From Felis catus (taxonomy: Eukaryota), in contig NC_058377.1 in the NCBI RefSeq assembly GCF_018350175.1, positions 102,548,001-102,612,000 on the forward strand: a stretch of 64,000 bases of DNA, in the 5' to 3' direction. The number at the start of each line of letters is the position of its first letter. Position 1 is the stretch's first letter. The translations under genes and the position numbers were made by a program. Below, one piece after another: positions 34,214-52,560 of the stretch. The notes beneath the pieces were generated by a model. That model was not told the DNA's origin. It saw only the letters and a list, made by a program, of their open reading frames with translations, and did not search any database.

Positions 34214-36915
34214 CTCAAAAATAAATAAACATCAAAAACATTTTTTAAAAAAAGCAAGGACTAGACATATTAGTTCTCTCCCCTTCTCACCACATACCCC
34301 ACTTCCTACATACCCAGCATTTGCCCAAAACCTATTCAATATCTCTATCAACTGACTGATACAAACAGGTACCATCAGAATAGATAAGGTTGGAGAAACT
34401 TCTGGTAGACATCAACCACTAACCAAAGGAAAGTCAATCTCTCTATGCTTCAGTTTTTTTTCCAGCTATAAAATGCCTACCTCAAAGAACTTTTTTTTTT
34501 TATATGTTTATTTTTGACAGCATGAGCGGGGGAGGTGCAGAGAAGGGGACAGAGGATCCGAAGCAGGCTCTGTGCCGACAGCAGACAGCCTGATGCAGGG
34601 CTAGAACTCATGAACTGTGAGATCATGACCTGAGCCAAAACCAAGAGCTGGATGCTCAACCGACTGAGGCACCCAGGGGGCCCTGAAAGGGCTATTCTAA
34701 GTATTAAACTCTATTACATACATATTTAACTGCATTGTGAACTTCAAAGCACTGTACCAATATGCATTATTATTTCTCTCAACTCTTGATGTAGCAGTAG
34801 GACTTGGGAGGAATTGAAAGGCAACTTGGGAGGGGCACCTGGGTGGCTCAGTCAGTTGAGCATCCGGCTTCGGCTCAGGTCATGATCTCACAGGGAATTC
34901 AGGCCCCACATCCGCTGGCTGCTGTCAACTTCAAGCCCGCTTCGGATCCTCTGACCCCCTCTCTCTCTGTTCCTCCCCCACTCATGCACATACATACTCT
35001 CTCTCAAAAATAAACATTAAAAAAAAAAGACACTTGGGAGATTGAACACGTCCAAAATGACTCTTGATTTCCACCTTCTCAAACTTGTTCCTTCTTGGTC
35101 TCAGCACTACCATCCACCCAATTATTCAAGCCACAGATTTACAAGTATTCTCAATTCTTCTCTACTTTTATTAAAGACTTACTATTTTTTTTTTTTTTTA
35201 CATTTTCTTCTTATTATTATCATTAGTTTTAGTTTTTAGTTGAGAGAGGAAGAACGAGCGGAGTAGGGGCAGAAAGAGAGGGAGACAGAATCCCAAACAG
35301 GCTCTGCACTGTCAGCGTGGCGCCTGAAGGGGCTCGAACCCACAAACCGTGACATCAGGACCCGAGCTGAAACCAAAAGACAGAAGCTTAACCTACTGAG
35401 CCACCCAGGTGCCCCTCCTCTCTACTTTTATATTCGATCCTTCGTTCCTATAAGCTCCACCCCTAACATTTATCCTGTATCTATCTGTTCACTTCTCTCC
35501 TCCACTGCTACTGCCTAGTCCAAACCGTCGTCTCTTTCCTGGACTACTAAGCAGTAACTTCTGACTGACTTCCCCACTTTCCCCCACCTCCACTTTCCAT
35601 TCTTAATGTAGCAGCTTGAGTGATTAAAACAATTAGATCATGTCACTTTCCTGTGTGAAAATGGCTCCCCCTGAGGGGCGCCTGGCTGGTTCAGTCAGCA
35701 GAGCATGCGACTCTTGATCTCAGGTCATGAGTTTGAGCCCCATGTTGGGTATAGAGAGTACTAAAAACCAAACAAATAAAATGGCTCCCCCTGAACTTCA
35801 GATCAAAGTCCTCTGCCTGCCCTTCTCACCTTCATCTCCTATAACTCTTTCCCTTGAACCTTCACTGGAGTCCAGCTGGTCTTCTGACTCTCAGATATTC
35901 CAAGCTTTTCCCTCACAGCAGGGATCCTGACCTCATTTCTTGCATCTTGATTTAGCTCTCCCCCTCACACATGGCTGACTCTTTACATTTAAGCTCAGAA
36001 ATTATCTACTCAGAGAGGGCTTCTTTGATCACTCCAGCTAAAGTAGTTCGGCCTCCTCAATTCTTTACCAGTTTTTTTCCTGTTAGCACTAACCATTATC
36101 TGATGTTATCTAGGGTACTCTGTGCCTCCTCCTCTGAAATGTAAACTCCAAAAAAGGCAAAGATCTTGTCAACCCTATTCACAGCTGAACCTTAACGCAT
36201 TTAGAACAGTGCTTGGTACATAGTAGGTGCTCCAGCAAAGCAAATTTTTGGTTCAATTCTAATCGCTCCTTCGGACAGATAAGGAAATGTGGAGGCCCTG
36301 AGTAGGAGAGCAACATGCCTCAAACCAACAGCAAGTTGGTGGCAGATTTGGAAAACCTTAGGTCTCCAGGGATGTTAAATGAGGACTGTCGAGTTCCAAA
36401 CTCAAATTCGGGATAATCTTTAGGCAATCATGAACCAGTATCAGGGACAGAGCCAGATATGGTGTGAAAGAAGGTCACGGAAATTTATTCTCCGCCACCT
36501 CCCAATCCCTGCCAAAAACTTACGTCACTCATCCAAAGGGGTGGGAATCCTCAGACCCCTTCCGACCCGCTTTGAGCTCCAAGGTCCTGGCACGCGTTGC
36601 CTAGGTTACCTAACACCTCCGCCAGCCGGCTGAGAGCCACGCCCATCATCTCCTCACTATGATCTGATTGGCTGCTTTCGGCCGGGCCTAGTACTCACCT
36701 GGGAGCTCCCGCATTAGGTAGAAGGGACCACAACCAGCCGCTGACTTGTCGGCGCCGGGCGGGGCCGTGGCCGAGGTGGGCTGCGGGGCCGTGCCGGGGC
36801 CCCCGCCCGGAGGAGGGGGAGGCGGAGGTGGTGGCTTCCCTGGTCCGAAGCCGAGTGCGGTTGGGGGCGGTGGTGGGTCAGCCTGAGCACCGAACAGCGC
36901 CGAGAAATTCTCCAT
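29816..36915 (-). CDS. MED19: Mediator subunit 19, spliced CDS, 244 aa
   Basis: complement join(36699-36915,30749-31005,30486-30582,30073-30167,29816-29884) = 735 nt; MENFSALFGAQADPPPPP..., NLITHYNL, Lys-rich tail, ends SSSSSLR-TAA. Confidence 0.97.
30073..30167 (-). CDS. MED19: MED19 exon 4
   Basis: ETPSDSDHKKKKKKKEEDPERKRKKKEKKKKK. Confidence 0.95.
30486..30582 (-). CDS. MED19: MED19 exon 3
   Basis: LPEQCRLMHIQPPKKKNKHKHKQSRTQDPVPP. Confidence 0.96.
30749..31005 (-). CDS. MED19: MED19 exon 2
   Basis: STELTGSTNLITHYNLEHSYNKFCGKKVKEKLSNFLPDLPG...LHTGP. Confidence 0.96.
31058..31242 (-). mobile_element. CAN-SINE about 50 nt upstream of the MED19 exon 2 acceptor
   Basis: gactgggccacccaggcgccc. 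Confidence 0.88.
32705..33307 (-). mobile_element. Triple-nested CAN-SINE cluster
   Basis: Short host split by 13-bp TSD tggatgctcttct (32787-32799, 33272-33284) enclosing SINEs 32800-33043 and 33044-33271. Confidence 0.9.
33751..33878 (-). mobile_element. CAN-SINE, short type, with (GTTTT)n tail
   Basis: agccaaccagggcccc end. Confidence 0.8.
34016..34249 (+). mobile_element. CAN-SINE with long (CT)n
   Basis: 15-bp TSD aaaagcaaggactag (34001-34015, 34250-34264). Confidence 0.92.
34491..34683 (-). mobile_element. CAN-SINE
   Basis: Antisense body with T-tail. Confidence 0.85.
34832..35028 (+). mobile_element. CAN-SINE
   Basis: TSD acttgggag. Confidence 0.85.
35185..35415 (-). mobile_element. 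CAN-SINE
   Basis: TSD ctctactttta. Confidence 0.85.
35675..35777 (+). mobile_element. CAN-SINE, short type
   Basis: Perfect 17-bp TSD aaaatggctccccctga (35658-35674, 35778-35794). Confidence 0.9.
36699..36915 (-). CDS. MED19: MED19 exon 1 CDS (in-frame upstream ATG at 36966)
   Basis: Pro-rich N-terminus; donor gtgagtac. Confidence 0.95.
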
Positions 36916-37300
36916 CGTCTCCTCCACCCCGGCCCTGTCCCGGTGTCTGGCGTCGGTAGTTTTCATTGGACAATCCTTTCATGGTGTCCCGCCCCCTTCC
37001 TCAGGAGCCGCTTTTCATTGGGTGTTCCGCCTACCTTTTTCCGGCAACTACTTCCGTCGCTTTATGAGAACGTTCAGGAAGTGCTATCTAACCTAATTAA
37101 ATTCTTCTCTGTAGTTCTCCGTTCGGGACAGTCGCATATCCAATAAAATGACTTAAGTGGAAAAAGCGACAGCTAGATCGACCAATAAGGTGTTAAATCC
37201 CTTTTAATTGCTTACCTGCAGCAGCGCCCAATGAGAGATCTACTTCCGGGCACAGAGGCGGTGCATCCGAGACTAGGCCCAATGGCAGTCTCAATGGTGA

Positions 37301-46987
<9,687 letters not shown>

Positions 46988-47012
46988 AATCCCTGCCTTC
47001 TCAGTGCTTCCT

Positions 47013-47047
47013 CACCTTTGAGGCCCTGCCACCTTTGAGGCCCTGCC
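47013..47047 (+). repeat. Perfect 17-bp tandem duplication in TMX2 3'UTR
   Basis: acctttgaggccctgcc twice. Confidence 0.9.
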
Positions 47048-47699
47048 CCTTCTGTAACCACAGGCCCTGCCTGAGGCCTGGGCCTCTTATTTATGTTTCC
47101 CCTTTGGCTCTGCCTCAGTCAGGCAGGGTGCTGCTTCTGATTTTAAAGAGGCTTTCAGGGAATTGACAGGCACCCTCCAGGAAGGCCTCCACTGCTGTGG
47201 CCAACTTTCACTGGAAGGAGGGAGAGATCTCTGATGATGGAGGAGGAAATGCTTGCCTTCCAAGCTTGGGTCCGAGTATCAGCTGCTGTCCACCACTCAC
47301 ATGTCTCCACCGTGCGGTGTTTTCATCCTTCCTCTTAGTGGACCTGCACAGTCTACCTAGATTATATTAAGCCTAACAGAAAATGCCTAGGTATGGAGTC
47401 TGCACTAGGATTTTTCCCTCAAGGACCCTTACTTCTTTAGGCATTTCTGGCTTGGTCTGTGGCCTTCATTAATAAGGCTAACTTTGTCATTGGTCCCCAG
47501 GAGAAACCTTTAACCACTGAGCTTACTCATTGGAGATAGTTTTGAATAATCCCCCTAATTTTTGGAGTTTGGGAGGAACGGGAATAGGTTTGAGACGTTC
47601 CTTTGTATGGTGGGGCTCAGGAGAAAGCCGCCCTTGGGCAGGTATGAGGTTTCACTTAGTCTCCTACCTACTCCCAACACCCAGTTGATGGTTTTCAAT

Positions 47700-47705
47700 A
47701 ATAAA
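47700..47705 (+). terminator. TMX2: TMX2 poly(A) signal AATAAA
   Basis: About 710 nt after the stop, followed by U/GU-rich ttttgattgcgcctttgtgtgtt. Confidence 0.7.
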
Positions 47706-48088
47706 GACTGGGATTTCCTTTTGATTGCGCCTTTGTGTGTTCCTAGCCTATTAGAAAGGCCTGGCAACTGCAGAGGAAGTGTGTACCTCACCTGCCTGGC
47801 ATTGGTTCCCAGGACCCGGGAGAGTTGGGGAAGACTAGTTTCCGTAATCTTAGAGTCCTGACCAAGTTAGTTTGTGGGTTTTGTTTGGGATTGGTGCGCG
47901 GGTTCCCAAGGAGGAGGGGGGGGGGTGGGGGGTGGGGGGGCGTGGGGCACGCTCTTTAGCCGGATGGATAGTTACAGAAAGGCCAGTGCGAAGCCCGGCT
48001 TGTTTTCAGAGCTACCTAGTCGGCGATCCTCCCGAAGTGCGGTGGCTCCGTCAGGGGCTGCCTGTACCTTACCCCCCTCCGCGGGCAG

Positions 48089-48243
48089 TGGTTGTGCCCA
48101 GGGAACTTTTTCCCCTTCCCCACCCCCGACCGTAAGCAGAATGGTTGTGCCCAAGGAGCCCCCCCACCTCCGGGCTCCAGCTGGGTGGTTGCGCCCAGGG
48201 CCCCACCCCCACCCCCAGGCCGCGGGCTGAGTGGTTGTGCCCA
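48089..48243 (+). repeat. Four copies of TGGTTGYGCCCA
   Basis: At 48089, 48142, 48186 and 48232; spacings 53, 44, 46. Confidence 0.9.
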
Positions 48244-48429
48244 GAGAACCCGCCTCCAGGCCACGTGTGCGCCCCGGCCACGCTTTCCGCAGCGAGGGAG
48301 GGGCTTGGTCCTGGCGGCGGGTTTTCTGGACTGTGGTTTGGGGCTAGAGCGGCTCCGGCCGGAGTCCTCGCCCCCTCGGTGCCCGAGTCTCCACCCTATT
48401 CCCCCCAGGTCGGCCCGGCTCCCGGCTCC

Positions 48430-49000
48430 ATGGCTTCCCGCGGCAGGAAGCGGAAGGCCGAAGCGGAGGTGGTCGCGGCGGCGGAGAAGCGGGAGAAGCC
48501 GGCGGGCGACCGGAAGAGAGTGGAGGAGGCGACCGTCGTGATCGAGCATTGGTGAGGGGCCTGGAGAGGCACGGGGAGGCGGGCCAGGGCACACCAAGGC
48601 CCCGGCCTCTGAGCTTCCCCGTCTCTCCCTAGCACGAGCTGACGCGTCTACGGGCGCAACGCCGCGGCCCTGAGCCAGGCGCTGCGCCTGGACACCCCGG
48701 AGCTTCCGGTGGAAGTGAATCCTGCCAGGCCTCGGAGGGGCAGCTTCGAGGTGACGCTGCTGCGCCCGGACGGCAGCAGTGAGTGGGCACCCGGGACCAG
48801 GGGCAGGCGGGAAGCGCCGGTCTCAGACCGCCGGCACCTCGGGATGTGGGGGAGAGGCTGGTGCACGACGAAGTGACTTCGCGCTCGGTCTTTTCCCAGG
48901 TGTGGAGCTCTGGACTGGGATTAAGAAGGGGCCCCCACGCAAACTCAAGTTCCCTGAGCCTCAAGAGGTGGTGAAGGAGCTGAAGAAGTACCTCTCGTAG
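48430..49000 (+). CDS. SELENOH: Selenoprotein H, spliced CDS, 122 aa with selenocysteine (UGA 48640-48642)
   Basis: join(48430-48551,48633-48778,48900-49000) = 369 nt; MASRGRKRKAE...IEHCTSURVYGRNA...RRGSFEV...ELWTGIKKGPPRKLKFPEP...KKYLS; Rdx-family CxxU motif. Confidence 0.96.
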
Positions 49001-49580
49001 GGTGTTTGGAGCAGAAGTCCTCACGCTGAGGTTTGAAGGGGGCGGGAGGGGTGGATTGTGGCTATTTGCGAAGCAGCCCTCCCTCTACCCCATATCACAC
49101 GGGATCTACCACTCGTAACTTCTTGCTCTCAGGATGTCCCCTTATTACTGGTAGGAAAGCTAGAAGACGGCAATAAAATTGTTTCTTATCAGTGTGCTTT
49201 TGGCTAAACTGCACGTTTCACTGTCCTTGCGCTAAGTCGTAGGATGCTGATGGTAATGTAAATGACCCTATAGAAATACAATTTGTGCCCTTGGAAGATG
49301 CGGTTGTCCTTCTCTTGATCCCGTGGGAGAACCACTGTACTGTCACTCCTGGCCCCAAGGATCTGACTGGTTTTTTATCCCTAATGCTCCTGCATGTTGT
49401 CAGGCACTGACAGCTGACTGATGAGCTGAGTGAAATGTGGCGGTAGGATGCAGTCCTTGAACCCTCCTGGGTTTGTGGGCTCCAGGGTGGGGGACACGTC
49501 TTTCTCAGGCTTTAGGATTGCCTGGGCCCCTTCTCTAACCCTTTTTTCCCTTCTCACGTTCACAGCCTTCGGTCCCTGGT

Positions 49581-49645
49581 GACGTTTGGAGCATTTATGA
49601 CGGGACATGGCCAAATTTCAGTCATGTGCCTGAAGCCCTGGTTTC
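49581..49645 (+). promoter_or_regulatory. SELENOH: Eukaryotic SECIS element
   Basis: ATGA core 49597-49600, 12-nt spacer, apical AAA 49613-49615, helix II GGGACATGGC (49602-49611) pairing with GTCATGTGCC (49621-49630), 3' TGAA 49631-49634. Confidence 0.88.
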
Positions 49646-49724
49646 TTCCCCTCCAGAAATGATGGTTCAGTTGTGAGGCAGCCCTCTAGTAAGGCACTGA
49701 AAAGTTCTTGGATTTGGTTTGCCT

Positions 49725-49730
49725 AATAAA
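49725..49730 (+). terminator. SELENOH: SELENOH poly(A) signal AATAAA
   Basis: About 80 nt downstream of the SECIS. Confidence 0.75.
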
Positions 49731-50494
49731 AGTTGAAACAAAGTATTTGAGTAATAACTTGATGTTATGGTATTAGATGGACAGAGCTCAGCCTTTTGTG
49801 GGATTGGCTCCCTTTCTATTTTTCATATTCTAAGGTCACCAATTATCCTGGAGCTCCTAGGCTGTCTGGCACAGCGTGTGAAATACTTGCAAAAACTATG
49901 GGAAAAAAGTAAATTTATTTTTTTTAAAAGCATGTATTTCTTTTTAACTCACTTCTTGGAAGTGATGATGGGAGTTCTATCTTTTTGGCCCCTGCAGAGG
50001 TTTGACTGGAACTTCAATAATGGATTGAATAAGCCCCACAGTAGGTACTGGAAAATGTCCTGTCACTCTTACCCAGTTGTCCCACCCCGGCACTGTTTCG
50101 AACCTTCTGAAACGCTTTGTTTCAGAGGGTGTTTTTTCTCATTTATTATTAAATTAGCAGTGACTAGAGGTCTTATGACTTAGGATACCTGGCGTTGGTT
50201 ATTTATGACCTAGTAGATTTGGGGACCACACAGTGTATAGTTTGACTTGTTTATCACTAACTGGAAAATAGATTACAAAGAAATAAGATGGTTCAGGTTC
50301 ATAATTCTGTACCCATGGTACTACTTCTGCTTGGCTCCCAAAGCCTGGGGAGGAGAGGAAGGGACAGACCAAGAGCTGGGAGTACACCCGCCTCTCCTGC
50401 TAAGGGGACAGGGCACGTGCTAGCCTCTACCAATACACCTTTTGCTAGTCAACATTTCCCACCCTCCCCCTGCCGCTAACCTGCGCTACCTGTT

Positions 50495-52560
50495 CTACGT
50501 TAGTATGTCTACCTCTGTGTCTGACTCTGAGGAAGGGTCGGGCCACACAGAAGGAATACCCGTGGGCACCAGCCTCCCCTCTGACGTCCAGTCCACAACA
50601 TCAATCTCTTCCTCTTCCGAGCTGGCAGGAAGTGGGTCCAACGATCCGGAGTTGCCAAGTTCCTCCTTGCCTGCCTCTGGAGCAGGGTATAATACCTCAT
50701 CCATACTTAGGGACACTTCCGGCCTAGCATCCATCCAGTTTGAACAGGGGGGTGAGAGATCCTCATAGGACCTTTGAGGAACGTCGAGAGAGTCAATGTG
50801 GAGAAGCTTCTCTCTCTGACCATCCAGTGGCTGGGAACTGGTAATTTCCAGATCCGGAGTCCAAGGGCTTCCTACTGAAAGTACCCCCTCTTCACTCACC
50901 TCAGAGGGCATGACAAGGGGGCTGAGGGACTCATCTGGCTCTTTGTTCTCAGAGGGCATGACAAGGGGGCTAAAGGGCTCTGTTGGCTCTTTGTTCTCCC
51001 CAACAGGTTCCTTTTCCAATCCTGTGAGCTCCCTGGGCCAGAGTTCCATGTCTGGCAGACACCATTCCTCCCCTTCGATCCAGTTCTTTCCTGTATCTGC
51101 CAGGTGATAATTAGGGGTCCTGCAGCCCTCGGCTCCAGGACTCCCCAGAGACCCTGTGCGGGGCTCAATGTCTGAGCCACACAGCATGAAGTCCAGGATC
51201 TCCTCCAGCTCACTGGTGGCAGCGGCACTGGTGATGCGGTACTCCTCAGCCTCGCACGGCTGCCCCAGCAGGGCTGCGTCAAACGCGTAGTGCTCTCTGC
51301 AGTCCATATCCAACCCGGGCTCCTTCCCTACCGGCTCTGGACTGGACCCAAACTCAGACTTTGCCACTGGGTGGTCTGGGGAGTGGCTAGCAGAGAGCAG
51401 GAGATCTTGTAGCCTGGAGCACACAGGGGAGTCCTGACACAGATCTACTCTGGCAGATAACATATCCTGCTGGTTCACGGAGGATGGCTGCGTCCCTGCA
51501 GGCTCTTCCGAGCATTCAGGTTCTGGGATCTGAGGGCTCTCTTGAGAGTTTTTGAGGGGAGGCTCTTGTACCACCTCCCAGCACGTCCCGTTGACAATCT
51601 TCCGAAGTTTCACCCTTCCAACCTGCCCCTCCTCTGCAGAGTCTGAGTTTGGTGCCCTGACTTCAGGACTCCGCTTCTTGTTCCCACCTGTGTTTCCAAG
51701 ACCAGATGGGCTTGGGATGCTTTGGAGAGGACTAGCTCTCCCTGGCTTCTCCTTGTCTTCTGGTCCTTTATTTATACTCTTCTGCCGCCAAAGACGCCGG
51801 CCAGGGGCTGTCGGTACTGAGCTGGGTCCACTCACAGTGCTGGAAGGCTTGGGTGTACAGACATCAGGAGATGGTTTTGAGCGACTCAGTCTGATCTTTC
51901 TGGGCAACAGTCGCTCATCCACAGAGGGGTACACACCAGGCGGGGAAACTGCTGTAGGAGCAAGGGCAGAGTCGCTCTTGTTCTCTTTAGGTCCCTGACT
52001 GTGGCTTGATGGTGAAGAGCTTTTTTCTTGTGGAGTTGGGCAAGCTCTGGCCTTCCTCTTGAGCAGAAGATTGCCAGATGAGTTCTCTGCGTTCTGTTGG
52101 TTGCTTTTCTCCAGGGGCCCCTCCTCCTTTCCCAAGGACTTCAGTCTCACTAGTCCAAGAGGACAAGGAGTCTGGGTCACAGGCAGTGGAGTCCGAGGGC
52201 GGCGGGTGGATGCCACCACCCTGGCAGAGATTGGTGCAGGACTTGGAGGTTGTAAGCACTCCCGGTTCAGTCTTCGGCCCGGGGGGGCCTTCACCAACTT
52301 CCCACCCTCTAGCTGAAGGGATTCTAGCTCAGAGACACGGAGCTGACGGGCAGCAGAAAGCACATCCTGGGCTTCTTCTCGAGATACTTCCATCTCTGAG
52401 GTATACAAGAAGTCCACCAGCTTCCTGAGTGTCCTGATCTTCAAGCCCCCCAACTCGAGGACCACCTTCCGACCCTGAGCTGGCCTCTCCCGCTGCAGGC
52501 GCTCTGTGAAGAAGGGGCTGCAGGCTGACAGGATGCAGCAATGGGCTGGAACTGCCTCAC
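50495..52560 (-). CDS. BTBD18: BTBD18 large terminal coding exon
   Basis: Matches the 693-aa ORF; true start is the acceptor ttccttccag| at 52561, not the ORF-track TTG. Confidence 0.95.

Larger units (their letters stand above)
35040..36240 (+). mobile_element. L2 3' fragment interrupted by two SINEs
   Basis: Pyrimidine-rich L2 motifs ending agaacagtgcttggtacatagtaggtgctc. Confidence 0.55.
47880..49050. promoter_or_regulatory. SELENOH: CpG island / SELENOH promoter and gene body
   Basis: High GC and CpG density directly downstream of the TMX2 3' end. Confidence 0.85.
49566..49750 (+). other. SELENOH: SELENOH exon 4 (3'UTR only)
   Basis: Acceptor cccttctcacgttcacag| at 49565; likely donor GAG|GTTTGA at 49030/49031; contains the SECIS and AATAAA 49725-49730. 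Confidence 0.8.

Noticed and set aside
50442-52428. + strand ORFs (108-148 aa) opposite BTBD18
   Set aside because: Antisense shadow frames of a long coding exon
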